Shown: piece by piece, positions 41,149-51,900 of the stretch
Layout: every line of letters starts with the position of its first letter
How positions within the stretch are numbered: the stretch's first letter is position 1
Source of the DNA: Penicillus capitatus
Taxonomy: Eukaryota; Plantae; Chlorophyta
Direction of reading: 5' to 3'
Assembly: GCA_965649825.1 (NCBI GenBank)
Contig: OZ287715.1
Span: forward strand, 121,766 to 185,765
Length of the DNA: 64,000 bases
Translations under genes and position numbers: made by a program
Notes under the pieces: generated by a model
What the model was told of the DNA's origin: nothing
Databases searched by the model: none
The model's input: the letters and a program-made list of their open reading frames with translations, nothing else

Positions 41149-42640
41149 TCATGCATCGAGGAACGTGATTGGAGCGTTTCCGTATGCAGATTCTACAGTG
41201 GTTCCTGGCACCTGCAGCTGAAATGCAGTAGCCATGGGCTCATGTTCTCTGCTGCACCTCGGCGCTTGATTTGCTGAGTGGTTCATCGACAGCGTGGAAG
41301 ATTGTAAATGAACATTTCCATCAAAATCCATCCGTGACAGAACCCGATGGCTGGCACACTGGTTTGGAGACTTCGCCCAGTTTCTGGCGGCAGCTCTGAA
41401 GGCCTGTCAGATCCAATGCGTTGATAGGCATCGATCGACATGGCAACGAGATAACCTCTCTGCGATGAATAGTCGGACTGGTTGCCATGATATGTTTCAT
41501 CTCTTGGCGCATGTAAGTGTTGTATGGTGAAAGATTCCTGCTGGATTTTGCTTTTGTTCTCTTATGCTTGGTCCTTGCTGAGCCTACATCCCCGTATTTC
41601 GCAGAGGCCTCAGCTAGAGGGAACTTGCTGGCGATGAGGGTCGGACGAATGTTGTCCAAACACTGTCGCTCCTTTACAGTTCTCTTGATCTCTCCGTCCA
41701 CAGCAGCCTGCTACACATCGTATGAGAGGACAGTGATGCCAATACCCATTCCATGCACACGCATATTGATTTTGGGCTCCCTCACCCTTGGACGCCTTGT
41801 TAACGGACGTGGGACTTCGAGCATTTCCAGAGAAATACGTGATCCACCCTGCATGGGTAGTTCGGCAGCACAAATCATTCGCGTCTCCTTCGTCTGTACA
41901 ATGGGCCGATGTGCTGCGGACATCACTCTCGAATGGTCTGCCATATTGCTGTTCCCAGTGGAAACGACCTCTGCTGCGCGTGATGCAGGCCAAGCCTTCA
42001 TCGTCAAGATATGGACATGGAGTGAATGAATGATTTGTGGTCTTACATATGTCGTTGCAGCGTCTTCCACTTTTCTTTCTCTCCTGACTCGGTATGGCGC
42101 AAGTGCTCGATCAAGATTAACTTCCAGAAGCCTAAGAACATGGAATCTCAACTTGGCGGTTGAAGCATGAGTTGACGACCTGCGACATGCGCCACAACGC
42201 ACGATGGCTGGACTCTCGTACTCGCGGAATGGGTCAACGTAAACCTGAACAATGCAGAGTGATTCAGTAATCCTTGCGCGTGTCTATGCGACACTGCAGA
42301 GACAATGCCGTTGAATGGCAAGAAACAGATAGGAAATTCGCCGTGTCTCAGTACGCAGGATGAGAAGTGAGAACATGCATTTACAACAAAAATAGCATGG
42401 ACCTCTGCTGAAAAAGAAGATCGGCATGCTTTGTATTGAGCTAGGCAACGAAACATGTGAAAACAGTGTACTTGAAGCAGTGCATTGCAGTCTGACGCTT
42501 CACAATGTACACGTAAGGGCATGCGGCTATTCAATCGCCGACAGACAGGCGTGGCCATAGTCATACTCAAAACTCTCACTGAGGTCTGAATCGAAGAAGT
42601 AGTATTCGAGTAACCGCAGACGAGGTGACGTAACGGTCAT
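41149..42640 (-). CDS. YABBY-family transcription factor (C2C2 zinc finger + YABBY HMG-like domain)
   Basis: Spliced RVHCEASDCNALLQ|VYVDPFREYESPAIVRCGACR|RLLEVNL (exons 42526-42472, 42244-42180, from 42131) and LSPYNTYMRQEMKHIMATSPTIHRRE|AFRAAARNWAKSP (intron 41404-41455). All junctions are GT-AG and in frame; start codon uncertain. Confidence 0.85.
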
Positions 42641-43107
42641 CGCTATGTTGCCAGATGTGGTCTTTTTGTTTTTTCGACGTGGGGTTACAGCAAGGCAGCT
42701 GCCCAGAATCTTCAAGGCGTTGCGCGATGGTCGCCGCGGCATCCTCAGGATAATGCCGTAATGCCATTGACACCTTGTTTGTTCATAATACTCAGCCAGG
42801 GAGAGGGTGCATTGAGGTTTGATTGTTCCTTTCAGTGGTTTCCAAAACTGAACATCGGGCGGTGTAGCTCGCAAGTCGTCCTTAGCATTCGAATCTCAGA
42901 GGTTCGATTGCTTCCACTTTCCGCTTAAATGCAGTAAGAAGAGCGACAGCGAAACTGAACGACGTGGAATGGTCGACTGCCGAGTCGAACTGTTCGAATG
43001 GGCAAAAGTTGACTATCTGGTCAGGTTGCTGTTTTCCCAATGGGTATCCGTGACCACGGGAACGCGTTCAAAAATCGAACACTGCGCCCAAGGACTCTTC
43101 GATTCGT

Positions 43108-44250
43108 TCATGATGAACATTCAGTCGGTAACGCAGTGTCCTGAATGCAGAAGAAGATACAGTTGAGAATCGCCATTTCTGTCTTTAAGGCATCCCTCTG
43201 CAGCGATGACGTCTCCTTCGTCGTTTGTTCACTGTGTTCGTGGACGATCGCATTACTGAACATGTTGATACAATCTTCAATGTAACTGCAGTTCTCCGAT
43301 GGTAATCTCATAATTCGAACAACTACCGAGAGTTAGTACTGTCAACATACGAATGGTTTAAAAGCAGAAATGAGTAGCTGGAAATCACAAACACTCGACT
43401 TGGGTGATGTATTGGCAAATCGCATTTAGTTCTGAATCAACTAGTGTACCAGATCAGAAGGCTCAGAAATGCTCATCTGTATTTACTGTTTTATCTCATA
43501 TATAGCGGCCATCGCTGCTTTCGTTCTACTCAGAATATTGAAAACTTCTGCAGATAGGGCAGTCCTTTTGTCTCATTGTAGCGAAATCGTGTTGAGCTTC
43601 CTTTTTATTGCGAAGAATGGACCAGTTCCCAAGGGTAAGGTAGAATGCTTCTTTCTTTTTTGGGAAGCGAGACCTGTGAAGTGTAGTACAAGCTGCTTCG
43701 CTTGACGTCAGCATGTTAAGTCCTTTGGCTGGCCATGTTGCCCACATTCAGCATAGACGACAACATTGACCTACACGTTGTTTGGTTTATTTGTCCAGAA
43801 GTCGACAGTTATCCCGAAGTGGTCCATCATTATCCTGAAGTCTGTGCGGATGTTAAGTGCAGTAGGGTTGACATTTGCTAAGAAACAGCGAATGACCAAA
43901 ATCAGATCCAGTTCGAGAGGTGAGCCCGCGTCAGCAAACCTGTTCCTAACATTTTTAGACAACAGAACTCATGGTGGTGACCAAGTCAACCTTGCCAATG
44001 CGCCAAGGTAAGCACACAACCAATGCGGCAGCATCAAAACCACCGAACTATGAAGGTTTGCTCTGAGGTGCGGCGTGCATAGTCTACTCAAAGAATAGTG
44101 ATTCGTAAGGAACACGAATCGGTCATCAGACGGCTTGAGAAACGCGCAAGAAGTTCCGAAGATGTGGCGACAATAGGTTTTTCTTCAATACACGACTTTC
44201 TCTGGCGTCAACCTTCGAATTCGTTTCCCAGTGCATCACGGAACATGTAC
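43108..44250 (-). CDS. Hypothetical multi-exon protein
   Basis: Protein-like spliced reading ...HWLCAYLGALA|RNRFADAGSPLELDLILVIRCFLAN... plus ORFs 43526-43747 and 43108-43311; family unresolved. Confidence 0.25.
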
Positions 44251-44375
44251 ATTAAGGTTGGATCATCGATCACGGCTTCCACGACGCTTAGACCTCGAAC
44301 ATAGAACGTTTGGTCTGACGTGTTCCTTTTGTCCTTTGAGTGACGGACACATTTGCGGAAGTCGAATTGAAACAC

Positions 44376-46400
44376 ATGGCATACGCGAACAGCCCCCTCA
44401 CCAAAGCTGTGTACCGTGGTATTCTGAAGGGGTAAGATCCGGAACCAGTTACACGCGCAGTACACGTTTACATTCTGTATGGTCGGCAATGTCACGTTAG
44501 GTCGAAGACTCTGGAGGAGAGTCCAGCCTTGAAGGTAAAGCGAGCTATTGAGGCCAGATCAACAGGTCTCTGTTCTTCGCGATAGGCGATTCTTCGAAAC
44601 GATGCTGAAGTCCTTCCTTACACGTTCAGGAGAATACTCAATGTTTACTTCGGAATGAAGGATTTCTACATTCCCGTGTCAGACAAGAAATATGACTTGG
44701 TCGACAGAGTAAAGCAAGGAGCAAGTCTGCTGGTAAGAACTCGATCCCATTCATCTCTATCTCTTAGAAACTTGATTTGTACATGAGCGTGACAGCACGT
44801 CCATTGGAGAGAGTCTGCACGTGCTGCGATTCATCAATGAAGCTCTCGAAAAGGGAAGAAAATATCGACTTTTGGGTATGATGACTCTAAAGGTGTCTTT
44901 CTTCCTTTCTGGAAAGTTTGTAGGAAGCAGAAAATCAAGTGCAGCATCGAATGTAATCAATCAGTCATATCTGCCACTTCGCGGATTCCTCTGAATCGCT
45001 CTTAGGGAAATGTGAAGCTGGTAACAGAGCCCTCGCGAGGCGTCGTCTTAATTGCTCATCCGATGCTGACCGGCTGGTTTAAACGATCTGTTGTCTTTAT
45101 GGTAATGCCCTGGACAATGAAAAAGGAAGAAACGCAACGGTCTGCATTTAGTTGTCACATACAGAAGAAGCCTCAGTCGGTCTTTGCATCAATAAGCCAT
45201 TAAGCGTCACGCTGAGAGACATACAGCTGATGGCCAAGAGGTCCAGATGTATATCTTTCCTTTGCGATGCCTATTGCTTTGTTATACAGTGCGTTGTCGA
45301 ACGCGAAGAAAGGGGAAAAAACAGTCAGTTTGCACATAGATAACTATGGAGATGTGAGATTCTCGGTAGAAGTGTGTGGTAGTGCTTTATACATTGTTCT
45401 TGAGAACAGTGTGTCAGGTGGCTACTTCGGGAGACGACTTGTTCATTCCAAGCAAACGGCTCGTATCTTTAGAGGCAACGGCCAGCTACAGACAAGCAAT
45501 GAAGGACGCACAAGACGAAGCCAGATCACTTCATGATTGTTTACTGAAAAAGAAACTGACTGGGGTGACATTGGAGGACGAAGAAAATGAGTCCCTGACT
45601 AGCGCAGAGAAGTTTTTGCAGCATCCGCTGACCATCAGTGACACAAAGGCCAGACTCTTTTGATTTCTGTTGCCGCACGAACCCAACTCTAGGTCGAGTA
45701 TCAACGTACAAAGGCGGAAGGCGAAGAAAGTGATGTTTGCTGGAGATCTTCAGACGACAAGACCGAAGAAGACATGAGTATGAATTCTCCGAGTTCTTCC
45801 GCGCGCACACAATCAGCGGAAAACGTGACTGCATGCATCTTCTACCTGTTAGAACTTATTCTGGAATTTAACGTTTGTTAGGGGAGTACTGACAAGACAT
45901 CCTTTCAGTCTGGTTCCCTCTTGGATACGCGAATTTCTAATGGAGGTCCTGTTCAAGCAATAGGGGCTTTGCACAATATTTCATCGCTATCGGGTGTAAC
46001 AGCTCTTGCAGGAGTCAAGTTTAGCGAAGAAAGGAATCTGCAAATATGGAGACATCAGCCAGGAAACCTACTCTCCGAGAAAGAAAGAATACGACTCTTT
46101 CTTGGAGAGTGTACATGGTCAGATGGGCAGTTGGCAGACGAAGTGAAGCAGGGGTGTTGGATTATGTGCAAAGCTACGAACCAGGAACTGGATTTACTTA
46201 ATGGTGCGTTCTTATTGGCTGCAAACTAGGTGGTCTGTTTAAGTGTTACCGCGTCTGAGGGTTGGTTTGTTGTGTTCCATCTAGGTGATGTACGATTAAC
46301 AAACTCGGATGGTTCGGTATGGAATTATCTCCTGAATGCTCTTGGAGAAGAGTATGCAGATCTTGCAAGGATACCTTACGAACTGCCTGAAGTCCTGTAG
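44376..46400 (+). CDS. YqgE/AlgH (UPF0301, DUF179) family protein with long N-terminal extension
   Basis: VLIAHPML..WFKRSVVF, HTEEASVGLCINKPL, NGGPV, RLFLGECTWSDGQLADEVKQGCW, VWNYLLNALGEEYADLARIP. Upstream exons MAYANSPLTKAVYRGILK|GSKTLEESPALK|AILRND... splice GT-AG in phase. Confidence 0.8.
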
Positions 46401-47031
46401 TAGCACCGACGTTTTTTTCTTCTTGAACAAGATCAGAGATCTTGTGCGAGGGAACACTCTTTGCCTGTCTCGTCATTCTGCCAGTTGTTCGAAGTCTTCT
46501 CAGTCGAAAACTACTGACCTCGCAACAGAACTCTGACAATTTGAGATGATGGGTAGAATTGTGGCTAAGGTCAATTTTCTGTTCGGACAACCGGTTTAAC
46601 AGAGGTTTGTCCTAAAGCTGCACGCAATGCTACAGGGAAGAACTGTAGACTACAGCAACGGTTTTCTGGACATCAGGATACCTACTGAAACGGAACTGGA
46701 ATTCATGCTTCTATCATGGCGAATCGGTTCAGTCATTATCATCATCCAGAATTCAGGTGCGGGCAGGTGCGAACATCGACCTCAATGATCTACTGCGAAG
46801 TCTTCACGAATTCTCAGCAGTCTTGAGACGACATTGAGGTGCTCACTGTAACGGATGGATGGATCTGCGATATATCGACCGTTGGCCATGAAATGGCGAT
46901 CGTGTTGGGATTGTTTGCATTAGTTGAGTGCAATGACTCAGATGCCATGTGTCGGAATGCGAACTCGGTCTTCGCCATTGTTTTCCGCCGTCTGAGAGAA
47001 TATCTCTGTCTTCGACATTGTTTTCCGCCGT

Positions 47032-48353
47032 TTGATAGAATATCGGTGTTGTGTCATTCGCACAACAGAGAAAGCTCTCACGTTGCCATTCAAGACTGCC
47101 TCACGCCTGGACCACGGGAGGCCCCCCCCCTGGACCACGGGAGGCCCCCCCCTGGACCACGGGAGGCCCCCCCTGGACCACGGGAGGCCCCCCCTGGACC
47201 ACGGGAGGCCCCCCCTGGACCACGGGAGGCCCCCCCTGGACCACGGGAGGCCCCCCCCCCTGGACCACGGGAGGCCCCCCCCCCTGGACCACGGGAGGCC
47301 CCCCCCCCTGGACCACGGGAGGCCCCCCCCCCTGGACCACGGGAGGCCCCCCCCCCTGGACCACGGGAGGCCCCCCCCCTGGACCACGGGAGGCCCCCCC
47401 CCCTGGACCACGGGAGGCCCCCCCCCCTGGACCACGGGAGGCCCCCCCTGGACCGTCCTTCATCATCAACGGTGTCGACAAATCAAGCACAGTGGGAAGA
47501 AATCAGGGAAAAGCTGATCAAGAACACAGAGATACATGAACTCCCTCCATCCGAAGCACAGAAGACCATACGTGAAATCACGCGCCTCAAGCGAAGAAAC
47601 CCGGACACTGAAGAGCTCGAGGACTCGTTCACGATACGCGTCCACGCCAACGAGACGACAACGGCAGCGTCCCTTTACCAGGGTCTCCGGGTCCGATACC
47701 CTGAAGAACAAGGTCCACCGCGTGATACGAAGAATCATGCAAGAGACAGACGAAATGTCATCCTGGACCGCGTTTGCGAACTTCTGGATCGGGGCGTTGA
47801 ACGCTGAAAACATTCTACCTGTGGAAAGCCAACCGAAGAAGTTGGAAGTCTTGAATGCAGTTCTCAAGATCAGTCGCGAGAGAAAGTCGGCGTGGCGTGT
47901 GAAGAGAATCGGCGAAAGACACGGTCAGTTCTTCATTAACGTCTGCTACTCGGTTGGCAACCCCTCAGACGCAGCACCAGGCGCAGGACCAGGATCAGAC
48001 TCAGGATCACATCTTAGCCGTTGACGCTCGAAGCCGTTTTCGAAGAAGCTTTTAGAGAATGTTTTTTTACACCAAAAAGTACAATCGTTAGGTCGGTGCT
48101 GGGAAAGCCGTCCTTGTCCACTTGTCTCCATAAGACGAGATCGTCGGCATACATCTGGCAGCACATTCTTCCTGTCGATAACCACGAGCGGAAGCTCGAG
48201 GTTTTGAATGCCGTCTGGAAGATCAGTCGCGAAAGCATATCGTTTTGGCATGTGAATCGCACCAAAGACCGCTACGGGATACTCTTCACGAACATTTGCT
48301 ATTTAGTTGGGCGCTCAGGCACAGGCACAGGCCCAGATCTGAGTCCTTGTTGA
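47032..48353 (+). pseudogene. Fragmented orphan ORF(s) carrying the VNTR and a twice-repeated ~50-aa domain
   Basis: ORFs 47536-48024 and 48021-48353 share ILPV...KLEVLNAV.KISRE....W.V.R.....G..F.N.CY.VG. The pieces lie in different frames. Confidence 0.4.
47106..47453 (+). repeat. VNTR of TGGACCACGGGAGG + C(7-10), 15 full units
   Basis: Counted C-run lengths 9,8,7,7,7,7,10,10,10,10,10,9,10,10,7, giving 21-24 nt units. Confidence 0.97.
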
Positions 48354-48520
48354 GGTTCGCGTGAAGCCGTCCGTGAAAGAGAGAAGCTTTAGTATTAATT
48401 TGCTCTACACCACTGAGTACCTGACGAGAATCGGTTGTCGTACCCGGCCGCGAGGTCGTCAAGCGCGCAGCGACACCGTCCTCACTCTAAGAATGCTGTC
48501 CGGGGACACTCCAGCAAGGT

Positions 48521-48915
48521 GTTGCATCGGCCAAGTCGTTTGGAGAACATGCGGAACCTTCCCGTGCACCCCCATGCGGACCCGTTCAGCGGTTCAGCGG
48601 CTCGTCACATCAGATTTCCAGCTCCGGGTCCGGCAACGAGTCGGCCGCCACCGAGCACGTGAACCAGCTCAGAACACTCCTACCAGCATCCCTGTTGCAT
48701 CGGCCAAGTCGTTTGGAGAACATGCGGAACCTTCCCGTGTACCCCCATGCGGACCCGTTCAGCGGTTCAGCGGGTCGTCACATCAGATTTCCACCAACCG
48801 GCCGGGCAACGAGTCGGCCGCCACCGAGCACGTGAACCAGCTCAGAACACTCCTACCAGCATCCCAGTTGCTTCGGCCAAGTCGTTTGGAGAACATGCAG
48901 GACCTCCCGGAGCGT
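48521..48915 (+). repeat. 173-bp tandem repeat (2 full copies + partial) at the satellite's proximal edge
   Basis: GTTGC(A/T)TCGGCCAAGTCGTTTGGAGAACATGC starts at 48521, 48694 and 48867. Confidence 0.92.
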
Positions 48916-51900
48916 TAATGTGCTCGAGCATTCTAGCGCACACCATCCGTCGGTCGCCGGAGGAACAAGGGTCCCCCCTTTGCTTCGCAACCGTAGCAAA
49001 TGTGTCAGCGCCGGAGGGAACAAGGGTCCCCCCTTTGCTTCGCAACCGTAGCAAATGTGTCAGCGCCGGAGGAACAAGGGTCCCCCCTTTGCTTCAATTG
49101 TTGCGACCCTCAACTACGGTTACAATTGTTGCGACCCTCAACTACGGTTATAAATGTTGCGACCTCAACTACGGTTATAAATGTTGCGACCCGCCGGAGG
49201 GAACAAGGGTCCCCCCTTTGCTTCGCATCCTCGCACCACCCGTCGGTCGCCGGAGGGTACAAGGGTCCCCCCTTTGCTTCAATTGTTACGATCCTCAACT
49301 ACGGTTATAAATGTTGCGACCCTCAACTACGGTTATAATTGTTGCGACCCGCCGGAGGGTACTAGGGTCCCCCCTTTGCTTCGCATCCTCGCACCACCCG
49401 TCGGTCGCCGGAGGAACAAGGGTCCCCCCTTTGCTTCAATTGTTACGATCCTCAACTACGGTTATAAATGTTGCGACCCTCAACTACGGTTATAAATGTT
49501 GCGACCCGCCGGAGGGAACAAGGGTCCCCCCTTTGCTTCGCATCCTCGCACCACCCGTCGGTCGCCGGAGGAACAAGGGTCCCCCCTTGCTTCGCAACCG
49601 TAGCAAATGTGTCGTCATCCCAACCGTAGCAAATGTGTCATCCCAACCGTAGCAGATGTGTCGGTCGCCGAGGTAACAAGGGTCCCCCCTTTGCTTCAAT
49701 TGTTACGACCCGACGCAGGGTACAAGGGTCCCCCCTTTGCTTCAATTGTTACGACCCGACGCAGGGTACAAGGGTCCCCCCTTTGCTTCAATTGTTACGA
49801 CCCGCAGCCGCCGGCGACTTGAGGACCTCGATGGATGCAAACCTGCACGTGGATGCACATGGTGAACTTCTAGGAACATCCCAGTTGCTTCGGCCAAGTC
49901 GTTTGGAGAACATGCGGACCCTCCCGGAGCGCAAACGTGCTCGAGCATTCCAGCGCACACCATCCGTCGGTCGCCGGAGGAACAAGGGTCCCCCCTTGCT
50001 TCGCAACCGTAGCAAATGTGTCATCCCAACCGTAGCAAATGTGTCATCCCAACCGTAGCAAATGTGTCATCCCAACCGTAGCAAATGTGTCATCCCAACC
50101 GTAGCAAATGTGTCATCCCAACCGTAGCAGATGTGTCGGTCGCCGAGGTAACAAGGGTCCCCCCTTTGCTTCAATTGTTACGACCCGCAGCCGCCGGCGA
50201 CTTGAGGACCTCGATGGATGCAAACCTGCACGTGGATGCACATGGTGAACTTCTAGGAACATCCCAGTTGCTTCGGCCAAGTCGCTTGGAGAACATGCGG
50301 ACCCTCCCGGAGCGCTAACGTGCTCGAGCATTCTAGCGCACACCATCCGTCGGTCGCCGGAGGAACAAGGGTCCCCCCTTGCTTCGCAACCGTAGCAAAT
50401 GTGTCATCCCAACCGTAGCAAATGTGTCATCCCAACCGTAGCAGATGTGTCGGTCGCCGAGGTAACAAGGGTCCCCCCTTTGCTTCAATTGTCACGACCC
50501 GACGCAGGGTACAAGGGTCCCCCCTTTGCTTCAATTGTTACGACCCGCAGCCGCCGGCAACTTGAGGACCTCGATGGATGCAAACCTGCACGTGGATGCA
50601 CATGGTGAACTTCTAGGAACATCCCAGTTGCTTCGGCCAAGTCGCTTGGAGAACATGCGGACCCTCCCGGAGCGCTAACGTGCTCGAGCATTCTAGCGCA
50701 CACCATCCGTCGGTCGCCGGAGGAACAAGGGTCCCCCCTTTGCTTCGCAACCGTAGCAAATGTGTCAGCGCCGGAGGGAACAAGGGTCCCCCCTTTGCTT
50801 CGCAACCGTAGCAAATGTGTCAGCGCCGGAGGAACAAGGGTCCCCCCTTTGCTTCAATTGTTGCGACCCTCAACTACGGTTACAATTGTTGCGACCCTCA
50901 ACTACGGTTATAAATGTTGCGACCTCAACTACGGTTATAAATGTTGCGACCCGCCGGAGGGAACAAGGGTCCCCCCTTTGCTTCGCATCCTCGCACCACC
51001 CGTCGGTCGCCGGAGGGTACAAGGGTCCCCCCTTTGCTTCAATTGTTACGATCCTCAACTACGGTTATAAATGTTGCGACCCTCAACTACGGTTATAAAT
51101 GTTGCGACCCGCCGGAGGGTACTAGGGTCCCCCCTTTGCTTCGCATCCTCGCACCACCCGTCGGTCGCCGGAGGAACAAGGGTCCCCCCTTTGCTTCAAT
51201 TGTTACGATCCTCAACTACGGTTATAAATGTTGCGACCCTCAACTACGGTTATAAATGTTGCGACCCGCCGGAGGGAACAAGGGTCCCCCCTTTGCTTCG
51301 CATCCTCGCACCACCCGTCGGTCGCCGGAGGGTACAAGGGTCCCCCCTTTGCTTCAATTGTTACGATCCTCAACTACGGTTATAAATGTTGCGACCCTCA
51401 ACTACGGTTATAAATGTTGCGACCCGCCGGAGGGAACAAGGGTCCCCCCTTTGCTTCGCATCCTCGCACCACCCGTCGGTCGCCGGAGGGTACAAGGGTC
51501 CCCCCTTTGCTTCAATTGTTACGATCCTCAACTACGGTTATAAATGTTGCGACCCTCAACTACGGTTATAAATGTTGCGACCCGCCGGAGGGTACTAGGG
51601 TCCCCCCTTTGCTTCGCATCCTCGCACCACCCGTCGGTCGCCGGAGGAACAAGGGTCCCCCCTTTGCTTCAATTGTTACGATCCTCAACTACGGTTATAA
51701 ATGTTGCGACCCTCAACTACGGTTATAAATGTTGCGACCCGCCGGAGGGAACAAGGGTCCCCCCTTTGCTTCGCATCCTCGCACCACCCGTCGGTCGCCG
51801 GAGGAACAAGGGTCCCCCCTTGCTTCGCAACCGTAGCAAATGTGTCGTCATCCCAACCGTAGCAAATGTGTCATCCCAACCGTAGCAGATGTGTCATCCC

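Noticed and set aside
42857-42925. tRNA-like sequence (GGTGTAGCTC ... GGTTCGATT)
   Set aside because: D, anticodon, T and acceptor stems do not pair; the box-like words alone are insufficient.
43000-44960. Divergent cullin on the minus strand (SSELLARF, WP..LG, EEQRPVD-like words)
   Set aside because: The 44376-44960 part is antisense to well-spliced YqgE exons. The remaining similarities are too short to support the call.
46971-47050. ~41-bp tandem duplication (CATTGTTTTCCGCCGT...GAATATC)
   Set aside because: Real but only two diverged copies, with no further structure to interpret.
46839-47807. 322-aa ORF as a real protein exactly as called
   Set aside because: It starts at GTG, changes repeat frame at C-run variants, and its continuity depends on homopolymer lengths.
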